A stretch of DNA of 64,000 bases from Octopus vulgaris (lineage: Eukaryota). The stretch is taken from the NCBI GenBank assembly GCA_951406725.2, contig OX597840.1, positions 21,080,001 to 21,144,000 on the forward strand, given 5' to 3'. The notes beneath the pieces are model-generated. The model did no database searches. It saw nothing but the letters and a program-made list of their open reading frames with translations, and was not told the origin of the DNA. This document shows, piece after piece, positions 14,976-45,951 of the stretch (the first letter of the stretch is position 1; each line of letters begins with the position of its first letter). Both the position numbers and the translations under genes were made by a program.

Positions 14976-15068
14976 GTGTGTGTGTGTATGTGTATATATA
15001 TATATATTATATATGTATATATACATATATATATATGTATATTATATATATGTATATATATATATACA

Positions 15069-15110
<42 letters not shown>

Positions 15111-15212
15111 ATATATATATATGTATATGTATATATACATATATATATGTATATTATATATATGTACATATATATATACATATATATTATATATATATAT
15201 ATGTGTGTATAT

Positions 15213-15243
<31 letters not shown>

Positions 15244-15880
15244 GTTAGAGAATGTGATATTTATATTGCGTGTGTGTGTGTATATATATATATGCACATA
15301 TATATAAAAGAGTGTGTATGTATTTAGACAGGTAAAACTTCACTGAGAAAGTGCTTCTTACCTCTTTGCTGTCAAATAAATGGATTAATTCTCAACAAAA
15401 CACACTTTTCTGCTCGACTAAATATCTTAAGCTTTATACAAGCATTTTAGGAAAAATAAAAAACAAAAAAAAAAAACGTTCGCGCCTAAAATAATTTTTG
15501 TGTGTTTTGGCGGGGAAAGAAATATGAATGACTTAAAACGAATATATTTTAATTGTTGTGTGAGAAAGTAAATATATTCTGATGAGGAAATATAATCTCT
15601 TTCAAAAACTTCCTAAATTTATAGACCATATCTTGTGTTTAAGAACAAAATAAATAAAAAAGAAAAACATTTTACAGAATAAACTTTCCAGAGTGGGAAT
15701 TACATGGTTCTTTATTAAATACATCCCCTCTCGCCCTGCTTTTTATTTTTCCTAACCAAAAATAAGGGATTTGCAGCATATTAGGAGGTCAGGGTTCTTG
15801 ATTCCACTAAAAAAATCGGTTTTTTTTTTTTTCTTTCTTAGTGAAAATCGTCCAGGTGTTACTCTGGAATTTTACCGTAA
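14505..15880. mobile_element. Degenerate DNA-transposon remnant with ~110-bp diverged inverted repeats
   Basis: 14510-14620 is reverse-complement similar to 15760-15878; direct sub-repeat at 14762 and 15668. Confidence 0.45.
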
Positions 15881-18197
15881 AATATTCTACTGAAAGAAAT
15901 ATAATGACGCTGATTAAAGATATCGATTATATCAGTGAGGGACATGAAGCTGAAGGGAACATTCTACTTCTGAAATGGGATCAGAGTCGGCTCCCCACAG
16001 AATGTGGTCAAAGGGAAGTAACCCAAAAAATTGGATCCTTGATATCCACGTTTAATCTTTTGCAAAATTCACCTTCAAAGGAGCAAGAAACCTCTTCTTG
16101 GTTAAATTCCGTTACGTTGAAGAATATAAGAATATATATATTTATATTTCAATTCTTGACATTTTTTTGCCACTATAACATGGCTGTTATATAAAAAACT
16201 ATGCTATGAAGTCTTTTGATTTGTGTGTCTTCTCTCGATATAAAAGGAATGCGCATTTGATGATCGGAGAGAGGAGAGAGAGAGAGAGAGAGAGGGACCC
16301 CAGGTAAAATGTCTTTTCCAGCTGGTTAACGACATACAACATGTGTCCGATATATTGTGAGGAAGAGAGGGAATTGCTCCGTCCCCACCTCCAGCTTGGC
16401 AAGATCTTTTTAAAGGCTGGTATTATTCTATCGGTTTTTTTTTGCTGAACCGCTAAGTATCGGGGACGTAAAGACACCAGCAGCTGGTGTTAAGTGGTGG
16501 TGGGACAAACACAGACACAAAAATAAACACACATAGATATATACATGATGGGCTTCTTTCAGTTTCTGCCTGCCAAATCCACTCACAAAGATTTGGTCAA
16601 CCAGAACCCATAGTAGAAGATACTTGCCCAAGGTGTCACACAGTGGGACTGAACCCTGAGCCATGTGGTTGGGAAACAAGCTTCTTACCACACAGCTACA
16701 CTTGTGCCTTATTTTCTTTTAGATGACTTGCTGTGTAGAGTATCATTTCATCATTCTTCTGGGACCAGGCTGTGTGCCGTGTTTTCCTGAGCAAGACATT
16801 TATTCCATGTTGTTCCAGTTCACTCAGCTGTAGAAATGAGTTGCAATGTCCACTGGTGCCAAGCTGTATCGGCCCCTTTGCCTTTCCCTTGGATAACATC
16901 AGTGGCTTGGGGAGAGGAGAGGCTTGCGTGCATGGGTGACCGCTGGTCTTCCATAAACAACCTATTTCTTTACTACTCACAAGGGGCTAAACACAGAAAG
17001 GACAAACGGGTTAAGTCAATTATATTGACCCCAGTGCATAACTGGTACTTATTTAATCGACCCCGAAAGGATGAAAGGCAAAGTCGACCTTGGCAGATGT
17101 CAACCCAGAATGTAGCGACAGACGAAATACCTATTTCTTTATTGCCCACAAGGGGCTAAACATAGAGGGGACAAACAAGGACAGACATAGGTATTAAGTC
17201 GATTACATCGACCCCAGTGCGTAACTGGTACTTAATTTATCGACCCCGAAAGGATGAAATACCGCTAAGCATTTTGCCCGGCGTGCTTAACGTTTCTGCC
17301 AGCCTGCCGCCTTCCATAAACAACCTTGCCCGGACTTGTGCCTTGGAGGGGAACTTTCTAGGTGCATCTCATGGTCATTCGTGACTGAAGGGTTTTTTTT
17401 ATAGGGGCTGAGGTAATGTTTTTAACTGTTTAGCAAGAAAATTACCAAGCTCGAAGACATTAACGTCAAATAAATAAGAACACGGAAGAAATAACAAAAA
17501 AAAAAACCAGCATAAAAGATTATTTTTTATTGATTAATTATAGATCAACCCTTTCGTTACTGTATTTCTTTTAATTATGTTATATATAATGAATATAACA
17601 AATATCCATCAAATGTAAATCATGTAAGACATTTGTACTCAATGTCAGAACTGGTTTCAGCCAGGGTTGGGTAACGAAAGGGTTAAATTAGGGAACAACA
17701 ATTTACATGGGTTTTACATGTTTGAGAGCAAACAACAACAACAACAATAATAATAATGGTTTCAAATTTCGCCAAGAGGGCAGCAATTTTGGGGGCAGGG
17801 AGTGAGTTGATTACATCGACCCCAGTATGCAACTGGTACTTAATTTATCAACCCCGCCCAAGAGGATGAAAGGTAAAGTTGACCTCAACGGAATTTGAAC
17901 TCAGAACATAGCGATGTCCAGCAAGTTAATGATTCTGCCAGCTCACTGCCTTAATAATAATAATAATAATAATTTTAACACGGGCCTAATACTTTAATAG
18001 TAGTTGTAGCAGCAGCAGCAGCAGTAGTAGCAGTAATAATAATAATAATAATAATAATAATAGTAATGGGTTAAAATTTTGGCACAAGGCCAGCAATTTG
18101 ATACCAGTTGACTACTGGTCTCAGTATTCAGCTGGTACCTAATTTATTGATCCTGAAAGGACGAAGGACAAAATCTACCTTGGTGGAATTTAAAAAA

Positions 18198-18236
<39 letters not shown>

Positions 18237-18865
18237 TACTACTACCATCACTGTTATCCTTATAGTTTCCTACATTGGCAGAGAACCAGAAATTGGTTGA
18301 CTAGGTTTATAGTTTATTGTACTGAACTGCGAAAGAAAAGATGGTTGAAATATGTTTTAACAATTGTTAGGGTGAAGGGAAAAAAAACAAAATACAATTT
18401 GACAAGATTTGAACTCAAAAGCAATTTTAATACTCCACTGAGTCTCAAGATGGAAGGGAAAGACATATGTTATATAACATATATCTTTCCCCACCATAAA
18501 CATGAGATTTTCTTTTTATAGCGAAACAAGCCCTTTTAACAGGACCTAAATAATACCCCATGTTCTCTATAATTCTTTTATTGAGAATTACCGAATTCCA
18601 AGACAGGTTGCTTTTGCTGCAGCTCTTGGAGTCTATGTCTCCATTCCTAGGGCTAAACAGCAAAACTGCCTGGAAATAGTAATACTACTACTGCTGCTAC
18701 TACTATTGCTACTACTAATAATACATCAACTGATATAGTTTATACATATATACACACACATAGGGACATGTGTGTTGGTGTTCAATATGTATGTATATGT
18801 AGGTTGTATGGATGTACACATGTATGTATATATGTGTGTATACATATATATATATATAAAAATAC

Positions 18866-18909
<44 letters not shown>

Positions 18910-19542
18910 GTATATATAAATACATGAGTATATATACACACATATATATATATACATATATATACATACATACATATATAAATATATATATATACATATA
19001 TATATGTGTGCATAAGTTGGTGTTGTTATGCAATTTTGTTGTGTTGTTATGCATGTGTGTTGTGCTGTTGGATGTGTGTTGTATTGTGTATATGTGTTGT
19101 GTTGTTATGTATGTATGTTATGCTATTCTACATGTTGTGTTGTTACGCATGTGTTTTATGCTGTTCCATGTGTGTTGTGTTGTGCATGTGTTGTAATGTT
19201 TTGTAATGTGTGTTGTGTTGCTTCATTAGTTGTTCTTCTTACAGTGTGGTTGAGTGTATACACATTCTACGTTTGTCTGCCTCGCATGCATAACAATGTC
19301 TGTGTGTCTGTGTGTGTATGTGTTGTTGTTGTTGTGCCACATGTTTCCATGTTGTGTAGTTTTTAGATATAAAATAAAATTAACGAAAATAAAAGGAATG
19401 AAAATTGTCAAAGACACCATCACCATCGAAACTAAAAGATTACTATGGTTACTACCATCACCATCACAATACTCTCACCACTGCCATCTTTACACACTAC
19501 CATCCACTTTCGTCTCACTGCCAACTCTTCACACCACCACCG

Positions 19543-19575
<33 letters not shown>

Positions 19576-20289
19576 GACAAATCATTAATATTTTTTATTT
19601 TCCCAAACATCATCAGAACCACCATCGTCATTGATATCTGCTCATTCAGCATCACTGTCACCATCAGCAGCATCATCATGTTGTATACAAGTATCATCAT
19701 CATCATCATCACACACATGGTCACAAACACACACACAGTCACCACCATCATCATCATTATCACCATCACACACATGGTCACACACACACACACTGCCACC
19801 CTCATCACACGGGTGCACGTTAACATAGGCATACTTCAACTTATGCATGTAGCTGTTCCCAAGATAGATAGATAGATATATTGACAGCTAGATATGTGTG
19901 TGTGTTTGTCAACACTTTAACATGGGTGTTTTCTAAGAACCAACAATTCTGCTATTATTTTAACCCCAGGAAGACATCTCCTCCAGCTGGTTACTCAGTG
20001 TGTTTTGCACACAACATTCACTACGAGCAGGTAAGAACTTCTGCCAGCCTAGCTTCAAGACCACCAGATCATGTAATTTCGATCTTCTTGGATCACTTCA
20101 GTAGTGGGTACTCGTTTTCTAGGCATGGCATTAGTCTGACCTCGCTCACAATATATAGAATATACAGTGTCATATGATCACTGATCTTGTAACTGATGAT
20201 ATATACACATATATATTACACAAGATGGTATATACACATATAACATATGTGTATATATATGTGTGTACATATATATATATATTAAAATC

Positions 20290-20718
20290 AAATCAAAATC
20301 GAAATCGATCAACATCAATGGAATTTGTAGTTTGTGGTACCAGTGCCGGTGGCACATAAGAGAACCATCCGAACGTGGCCGTAGCCAGCACCGCATCGAC
20401 TGGCCTCCGTGCTGTTGGCACGTAACAAACACCATCCAATTGTGGCTGTGCCAGCCTCGCCTGGCCTCCGTGCCGGTGGCACATAAAAAGCACCATCCGG
20501 GCGTGGCCGTTCGCCAGCCTCATTTGGCACCTGTGTCGGTGGCACATAAAAAGCACCCACTACACTCACGGAGTGGTTGGCATTAGGAAGGGCATCCAGC
20601 TGTAGAAACACTGCCAGATCAGACTGGAGCCTGGTGCAGCCTTCTGGCTTCCCAGACCCCAGTTGAACTGTCCAACCCATGCCAGCATGGAAAGCGGACG
20701 CTAAGCGATGATGATGAT
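20290..20718 (+). mobile_element. 5'-truncated RTE 3' UTR copy
   Basis: Homologous to 47572-47900; repeated GTGCCGGTGGCAC units; GATGAT tail. Confidence 0.8.
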
Positions 20719-20779
20719 ATAAACCCATATGAATATATATCTATATCTATCTATCTATCGATATATAAACATATATGTG

Positions 20780-20818
<39 letters not shown>

Positions 20819-21007
20819 ATATATATATATATATACATATATCTGTATATTTTCAAAGAAATATCTCATTTTATGTTAGTAATTGGTTGTCATTAAGACA
20901 TGCAACATAACCCAAAAAATGATTTCAGATGAAAAATCATTAAAAAAAAAATGTATTAACTTATGAGAGAATGGTTTTCTTATGACGCCAGGTTTCATAA
21001 CCCTGTA

Positions 21008-21053
<46 letters not shown>

Positions 21054-21936
21054 GTATTTATATAAGCCTAAAGCTAATAGTGATCACTGTGCAATGACTA
21101 AGAAAAATAGTCTAATAATGGAGCATATAAGCCCTTGACAAAAAAAAAAAAAGGTTTTCCTATCTGTGTGGGACTCGAACCCACATCCCTTTGTTAACAC
21201 AACTAAATGTATTACCATTACATCTGTATTTATTTCATTTCACTTCTCCAGTTTTCTGTTAATGTTTTTATGGGTTTAAATATGCACCAAGAGCGACGTG
21301 AAGTCAGACAAACTGACTGAAAAGTTGAGCTTTTTTGTCCCCCATTTATTTCTTTAGAAAACAAATAGATACAAAGTCGAAAAAAAGATATAACTCGAAA
21401 TCACCTAAGTTGAAGTATACCTGTATATATATTCATGCAGGTGATCACACACATACACACACTACACCTGTTCAATTATCTTTTTACCACATTTCACAAC
21501 ACTACATCCTTTCATGCCTTTACAGCAGTCTTCACAAAGTCTTTGAGAATCATGGAAATATTTTTTTAAAAAAAGCAAAAGAAAATAAACAATATATTTA
21601 CCCATAGAGGGAGCTTCTGCTTTAACAGTAAATATATACTATAGGTTGATATATATAAAAAAATATAATGTATATAAAGCATAGAGAATATACAAGGAGG
21701 TTTTTGTCAACTGACATACTGTAATCGGTATGTACTATGAATGGTCAGTTTGGTGCACCACTAAAACTCCACCTTGAAATGCAACTGAAAAATGGGGTGT
21801 TGAGGTTGCCTAACAAAGGTGGCTAGAAGTGGCTTCTCCTTGAGCAGGTGGGTATAGATTAAAATATACTTTTCTCGACTGATTCCACACATACATATAT
21901 ATATATACACACACATACAAACATATATATAATATA

Positions 21937-22010
<74 letters not shown>

Positions 22011-22306
22011 TCTTAATCCTTTTTTGCCCCTTGTGGAGCATAGGGCCGGTTTCCCGGTTTCTTTGGCATAGAGGTCCCCCACCTGGACGGGATGCCGGTC
22101 TGTTCCAGGTGAGCTGCAAGATGCAGGAGGACAGAGCATGGGAAAGTTGTGGCGAAAGAGTCAGCAGAAGTTCGCCATTACCTTCTACCGGAGAAACGTG
22201 GAGCTTAGGTGTTTCGCTCATAAACATACACATCGCCCGGTCTGAGATTCGAACCCGCAATCCCTCGACTGTGAATCCGCTGCTCTAACCACTAGGCCAT
22301 ATGCCT

Positions 22307-22390
<84 letters not shown>

Positions 22391-22749
22391 ACATACATAC
22401 AGATATATATACACACACACGAACATAGACATCTTGAAAGTAAGTAAACAGCCTTCATTATGCAGTTTATCTATGTGGATGAACTTAGTACGTAAAGCCA
22501 GATGAAATACCTATTCCTTTACTACCCACAAGGGGCTAAACACAGAGGGGACAAACAAGGACAGACAAACGGATTAAGTCGATTACATCGACCCCAGTGT
22601 GTAACTGGTACTTAATTTATCAATCCCGAAAGGATGAAAGGCAAAGTCGACCTCGGTGGAATTTGAACTCAGAATGTGACGGCAGATGAAATACCGCTAC
22701 GCATTTCGCCCGGTGTGCTAACGATTCTGTCAGCTTGCCGCCTCACTTG

Positions 22750-23160
22750 CTACATATTGTTATTGTAATGTCACAGTGTGTTACACATACCATGACATTG
22801 CAATGTTACAACATGTACTGGACTGTGATATCGCAATGTCACAATGTACTGTGAGTGTAACATTACTATGTTACATGTACTGCGACATTGCAATGTTACA
22901 ACACGTACTGTGGCATCACTATGTTACAATATGTAGTGTCATCACAGCATTACGACATACAACGATTGTGCCATCACACTGTCACATGTGCTGGGCTGTG
23001 ATATTGCAATGTTACAACACGTACTGTGATTTTAACATTGCTATGTGTCTCAGCCTGTATACTCCTGGCACAATGTTGCAGGTCGTACTGTGACACCGGT
23101 TGTTACAGCAGGCAGTGTGACATCGCAGTATGTTACAGGTGTGTACTGTGATGTCACACT
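22750..23160. repeat. Degenerate minisatellite (GTACTGTGACATTGCAATGTTACAACA)
   Basis: About 28-nt recurring unit with internal palindrome ACATTGCAATGT. Confidence 0.75.
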
Positions 23161-23916
23161 TTGATGAAAGTTTACATTTCCTATTTGAAGGATTTCAGTT
23201 GTATTGCATCCCTTTTTTGTGAAAGAGAAGAAAAGGACAAGTTTATTTTTTCCTGAAGACTTGGAGACGTGGGCATTTCCTTATATCCTAATAAAAGCTT
23301 GGCTCCGTAAGGGAAGAGCAGCATTAGAATGAACGGAAATAACTCTAACTCCCAGTCGACAGTTAAGAATGGAAACAAACCCACAGAGCAACTTATCTAT
23401 ATTAATTTCTTAACCCTTTAGCATTTAAATCAGTCCAACTCAAATATTCCACCAGTTTTATGTTTAAACTGGGGAGATCAAGCGTTCCAGATCTGCAACA
23501 CAAAATCATTCTGAGAAAACACAATCACATCTCTGAAATATCGAAGCTATGAGATAATGGATGATTAATTCAAAACGATGTGAATAAATAAGCATTTGAC
23601 AGAATAATCTGAATGCTGAAGGGTTAAACTGGCCAGATCTGGTCTCTCATACCTATCCTATAATGTTGTTCTAAAAATAAACAATCACATCTCTGAAATA
23701 TCGAAGCTATGAGATAATGGATGATTAATTCAAAACGATGTGAATAAAATAAGAATTATTACATCTGAGAGAGGAACCTGACGGTTGAAAGGGATTCAAA
23801 CTGAGATTCAATGCTAGAAGAAAGCAAAGTGATAAGTTTTACCTGAGACTGTAACAGGTAAAATGTTAATAAATGATGAAGTTTGGTCATTCTGGAGATT
23901 GAAGAAGGGGGGGGAG

Positions 23917-23947
<31 letters not shown>

Positions 23948-24451
23948 AGAAAAGAACCTCATAAACTGTGTCATTTTTAAAATTTCAGAAAATAATTAAA
24001 AATTCACATTTTTTGTCAAATTATTTTGTTATATTTGTCTATCTGTCCAACTGTAAACATTTTAAATATTTTCACTAACTTTTTGTTATAACTCGGCAAA
24101 AGGGCACATATTTTGCCAAAAATTGCTAAATTTGTTCCCATTGATATTTGCAACGGGGAGCAGAAAAACAGGGACAGCGTTATCTAGGGGAGCCATGAAT
24201 AACATCAACATGAACATTGCAATGCTAACGGAAAGTGTGAACTTCTGATCTTAACTAAAAATGAATTATTGAATTAATTGTTTCGTAGACAGAGGGAAGA
24301 TATACGAATGACCGAGTGTGTGGGATGCTGTATGTCTTCACAAAGGTTCCATTTACTGTTGTATAAAAAGGAAGACCGATTTCTATCATCTAATAAGCAA
24401 TCAATTAGCTAGAGTAACTGAACAGGATGGGAGGGGGTCAAGATTTTGCAA

Positions 24452-40524
<16,073 letters not shown>

Positions 40525-40834
40525 GGCTGCAGAATTATCTCAGCTTCTTCCTTCTGAAAAATAATACAACATAATATAAATTGATACAATATAATATAGT
40601 ATAGTACGATATCATATAGTGATAGTACGAATATATTTATGTCAGGTTGGTATTAAAACTATAACAGTCGTCAGTCATCAGCTTTGAAGCAATATATCTC
40701 AGCTTGGAATAAATCATATACATACATATATTTATACACACATACATATATTTATACACACATATATATACTCACACACATAAACATATATACATACACA
40801 CACACACACACATATATATATATACTTACGTATA

Positions 40835-40872
<38 letters not shown>

Positions 40873-40947
40873 CATACATACATATACATACACATACATA
40901 CATATATATATATACAAACATACATATATATACATACATATATATAC

Positions 40948-41004
<57 letters not shown>

Positions 41005-41144
41005 CATATATATTGGCCTGCCCACTTAGCCAGCGGGGTGGCGTCATTTGAAGGCTAAAACAATGTGAAGCGCATTGTGACCAGCGATGTGTAGCAACAT
41101 CTGATAGACTGCTCGGTCACGGTGATGGTGACATACATATATAT

Positions 41145-41195
<51 letters not shown>

Positions 41196-41273
41196 ACATA
41201 TATATACATACATATACATACATACATATACATAGATACATATACATATATATATACATACATATATATATAC

Positions 41274-41321
<48 letters not shown>

Positions 41322-41636
41322 TATATATACATACATATATATATACATACATATATATACATATACATACATATATATATACATACATACATATATATAT
41401 ACATACATATATACATACATACATATATATATACATACATACACATATATACATACATACACATATATATATACATACATACATACACATATATATACAT
41501 ACATACACATATATACATACATACACATATATATATACATACATACACATATATATATACATACATACACATATATATATACATACATACACATATATAT
41601 ATACATACACATATATATATACATACACATATATAT

Positions 41637-41693
<57 letters not shown>

Positions 41694-42085
41694 TACATAT
41701 ATGTCTGTATGTTTGTCTTCCCAGCATCGCTTGACAACCGATGCTGGTGTGTTTACGTCCCCGTAACTTAGCGGTTCGGCAAAAGTGTCCGATACAATAA
41801 GTACTTAAGAATTACAAAGAATTAAGTTCTTCGGTCGATTTGTTCGGCTTAATGGCGGTGCTCCAGCATTGCCGCAGTCGAACGACCGAAACACATAAAA
41901 AGTCTTTCTTTTTTTTGTATCTCAATTCGGCGCTTCCACAAGTTGCGAAAACCGTTCCCCAAACTGCTTCTGGGACAAAAGAGAAGAACAAAGAACAAAG
42001 GACAAAAAAGGAAAAAAAAAGTAATAGGGACAATGCCATCGCAACAACAAGAACAACAAGAACAAGTGAGGTGAGGCCAGCTTAC

Positions 42086-42320
42086 CTTTCTTTATGTGTG
42101 GAGGGAAGAGAGTGTCACGAGTTCGGTCCGGGACGGGTTTTATTTGAAGCACGGTGTTTAATTAACACAGATATACGCACGCAGCTCACGTGCGGGGAAC
42201 TCGACAGGCGGACGGACGGACAGCCGGACAGACAGACGGTAGCACTCGCCGTCGCATGTGGGAATCGTCATGGCAACGCCAGTGACGTCCAGTGCGTGCA
42301 TCTGTGCGGGTGGGATGCGT
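42086..42320 (-). promoter_or_regulatory. Probable promoter and non-coding first exon of the kinase gene
   Basis: CpG/GC-rich unique island; strong donor AAG/gtaagc at 42085; RFX X-box-like half site ATGGCAAC (42270-42277), CRE-like TGACGTC (42283-42289), E-box CACGTG (42187). TSS not determinable. Confidence 0.55.
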
Positions 42321-42707
42321 GCGTGTATGTGTGTGTGTGTCTATGCATGTATGTATGTACATGTGTGTATGTATGTATGTACGTATGTATGTATGTGCGT
42401 ATGTATGTGTGTGCGTATGCATGTATGTATGTGTATGTGTGTATGTATGTATGTACGTATGTATGTATGTGTGTATGTATGTGTGTATGTATGTATGTAT
42501 GTATGTAGGTAGGTGTGTATGTATGTATGTATGTATGTGTGTATGTATGCATGTAAATATGTATGTATGTATGTGTGTATGTATGTATGTATGTATGTAT
42601 GTATGTATGTATGTATGTATATATGTATGTATGTATATATGTATGTATATATGTGTGTATGTATGTATGTATGTATGTATATATGTATGTATATATATGT
42701 ATGTATG

Positions 42708-42775
<68 letters not shown>

Positions 42776-42893
42776 TGTATGTATGTATGTATGTATGTAT
42801 ATATGTATGTATGTATATATATGTATGTATGTATATATATGTATGTATGTATGTATATATATATGTATGTATGTATATATATATGTATGTATG

Positions 42894-42927
<34 letters not shown>

Positions 42928-42973
42928 TGTATGTATGTATGTATGTGTGTGTGTGTGTGCGTATGTATGTATG

Positions 42974-43007
<34 letters not shown>

Positions 43008-43027
43008 TGTATGTATGTATGTGTGTA
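42320..43027. repeat. Long (ATGT)n compound microsatellite; one of dozens of (TA)n, (CA)n and (ATGT)n tracts
   Basis: Direct reading; similar tracts at 255-680, 14805-15245, 34992-35230, 41130-41700, 53735-53915, 61770-61938. Confidence 0.95.
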
Positions 43028-43426
43028 TTATCCGTTTAGAAGAAAAGTATTGACAACCAACTTTCGGACAGTCCGATAGAGATTAAGAAGGCCTAAACTT
43101 CGCAGTCACTGTCAACACACAATGTTCTTGTAGAAGAAGAATAAATATGTGTAGAGAACACTTGAGAACAGTGGTCCCGTGACGAGTCGAGGACCCTTAC
43201 TTTGTGTAAAAAATTATTTATTTTGTGTTTTATTTACTTTGCTAGGGAGTCATGGTAGGATCGACTAGTCACGACTAGCTAGCGCGGACGCGCGACTACG
43301 CGAGTGCGCGCACCGGGACCACTGTTCTCAAGTAGTACCTTGTCTGCGTGTGTGTGTGTGTATACACCAGGAATCTTACAATACAAATTCGTGTGTGTGT
43401 GTGTGTGTGTGTAAACATATATAAAA

Positions 43427-43790
43427 ATACCTCAACTTACGTTTTCGAGTTACGTCTTTTTTGCCTCTAAGTTCCGTTTATGTTTTTTATAGAAATTAAC
43501 GGGCAAGAAAATGGACATCGATTTAGGTCGGTGTTTTTCAATTAACGTCGCTTTCAGCCAAAAAGAGTATCTAAATATTTCAAAAATATCTAAAAAAAAA
43601 AATTTTTTAAAAAAGACTTAGAAGTGGAGAAATGAAATGAAATGTTATGTGAAATTACGTGCAAAACCTTTTATTAAAACAAGATATAAGCAGAACACAA
43701 AAAAAATGTTTGATTTTTTTGTGTTACGTCGTTTTTCGAGTTAAGTCAAAAGTCTTATTGTGAACCAATTACCGACGTAAGATGAGGTAT
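43427..43790. mobile_element. pogo/Tigger-like MITE
   Basis: ATACCTCAACTTACG / CGTAAGATGAGGTAT inverted termini and repeated subterminal TTTCGAGTTA motif. Confidence 0.55.
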
Positions 43791-44345
43791 GTATTTGTGT
43801 GTGTGTGCACACACACACTAGGCTTTCGGATCTTTTCACTAAAAGATGTTTTATGTAACACATTCTACCAGTATGCGAAGTTTAAAAGTGTTTAGTTACA
43901 AATAACTATTTTTTAAATGTGCCGGTCAAAGTGAAAAGATCCGCTGATTCTTTTCTGTTTTTTTTTTTGTTTTTTTCGCAAAACATTTCTCCATTTTTTT
44001 CTTTTCAAGAAATATCGTTGAAACTGAACTAACTGAACTGTTGTCGGTCGCCTTTAGTTGAGAGTGCTGTCTGTTTCATTGAAACATATCGCAACATATC
44101 AATTCTCACCTTCTTTCCCCTTGAACCTTAGATCAGCACCTTGTCATCTCCTTCGCTAACCCCTGGTTGACTCTTTGAATTTGCAGGTAACTGAGTTTAT
44201 TCATAGCAAGTCATGGGGATGCTGTTAGTCTTCAGGCGGGTGATCTTTCCCGTTGAGCATATGTAATAACCAGTTCCAGATTCATTTCAAGGAAGTAACA
44301 CGAAATTTTTTGATAAAAGTGAAGAGATCGCCATAACAGACGATA

Positions 44346-45235
44346 GTGACCGCCATAACAGACGATGGTGATGATGAAGCTGACATAAGCCAACAAGACA
44401 TACTTTGTCAAACAGATTTGGCTCACGAAAATGCTTGTTTTCCCCAGCTAAAACCTGAATCTAACAAAGTTTTAAATAAGGTAAGTAAAATTTCAAAACT
44501 TTTCCGTAAATCTCCGAGAAAAAATGAAATTTTGCAAGATTTTGTAGGAGCGAACTTTGATAAGAGAGAATATAAACTTCTACTGGATTGCAGAACTCGG
44601 TGGAATGGCTCATTCCATATGATTGAGAGATTTTTGGAACTGAAAAGCTGCATTCCAAATGCTCTACGAGCAGAACTTTCCACAGATGCCCATCGCTGAC
44701 GAAGAATGGAAATCTCTCAATTTACAATATGAAATTCTGCATTCAGTAGAAATTCTTTTGAAGGCTATTTGCGCTGATGATTCGGGTTTACTGAAAGCGG
44801 AATATTCGATAGAGTTTTTAGTGAATAAACTTAATATCGTCGGCAACCCTTTGGCTCTAAATCTTCGTGAAAGACTTCTGCATAGATATAATAAGAGAAG
44901 AAATGTCGAAAGCTTGACTCTCTTGAGGTATTTACATAACCCAAGGAAATTTAAAGGTGAGTCAATTTCTGGACCTTTTCTATTTTTTAACGAAACAACA
45001 TTTAAGGAAGTATGCTGAACAAACATATTAGGAGATTATTTCCTGAACCTGATGCTGAGAACACAACAGAATTATAGAAAGAAAATGAAATAGGAGGGAA
45101 CCTAAAACCAAGTGTTACTGTTGTCCAGTCTACTTATGAAGGTAATGGACTCATTCGTGAATACACAAGCGCAAGGAAGAAAATGAATGAAGAACCCAAG
45201 GTGGTAACAGATGGATTTGAAATCTCTAAAGAATT
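44346..45235 (+). pseudogene. hAT-superfamily transposase fragment, frameshifted
   Basis: KLFRKSP..NEILQ, LLLDCRTRWNG, MIERFLEL, EEW motifs across two frames (shift near 44680); further disruption near 45000; cut by a MITE at ~45238. Confidence 0.85.
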
Positions 45236-45522
45236 CGGGTACTATCTAAGAAGAGTGGTCCCGGTGCGCGCACTCGCGCATCCGCGCTAGCTAGTCGTGA
45301 CTAGTCGATCCTACAACGACTCCCTAGCAAAGTAAATAAAACACAAAATAAATAATTTTTTTTACACAAAGTAAATAATTTTTGTTAAACAAAGTAAGGA
45401 TCGACTAGTCACGACTAGCGCGGATGCGCGAGCGCGCGCACCGGGACCCAACAGAATATGCTTCAACACACGAACTCACATAAAGAATCTTGCAAACCAA
45501 ATCCCAAAACGAAATATGTATA

Positions 45523-45553
<31 letters not shown>

Positions 45554-45555
45554 GC

Positions 45556-45603
45556 AAAAACTGTCCGACGAACGGGAACGAGAAACTCAGAGTAACAGGT
45601 TTT
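45556..45603 (+). ncRNA. Hammerhead-like motif between microsatellites (degenerate)
   Basis: Stem I CTGT/ACAG extended by AAAA/TTTT; core CCGACGA; weak stem II CG-GGAA-CG; GAAAC TCAGA GTA. Confidence 0.5.
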
Positions 45604-45627
45604 ATATATATATATATACACACACAT

Positions 45628-45668
<41 letters not shown>

Positions 45669-45687
45669 TATATATATATACACACAC

Positions 45688-45740
<53 letters not shown>

Positions 45741-45755
45741 AATATATATACACAT

Positions 45756-45798
<43 letters not shown>

Positions 45799-45868
45799 TA
45801 TATATATATACACACACACACATATATATATATACACACACACATATATATATATATACACACACACA

Positions 45869-45951
<83 letters not shown>

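Noticed and set aside
15579-15612. CTGATGAG as a hammerhead core
   Set aside because: No GAAA after a stem II, and no stem I or III pairing.
20340-20560. Regularly spaced GTGCCGGTGGCAC repeats resembling a CRISPR array
   Set aside because: Spacers are homologous to each other, the block is a dispersed RTE 3' UTR, the genome is eukaryotic and no cas genes are present.
21160-21225. tRNA gene (B box GGTTCGAGTCCC on the minus strand)
   Set aside because: No acceptor stem or D arm can be formed; likely a decayed SINE head. The SINE heads elsewhere are likewise not tRNA genes.
42158-42271. Upstream ATG ORF (37 codons) as the kinase start
   Set aside because: It ends at TAA before the donor, and its ATG lies in the X-box-like motif, probably upstream of the TSS; at most a uORF.
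43160-45449. Composite transposon: two MITE copies in opposite orientation flanking the hAT fragment
   Set aside because: Each MITE has its own TIR pair, no outer TSD is seen, and the right copy simply interrupts the transposase.
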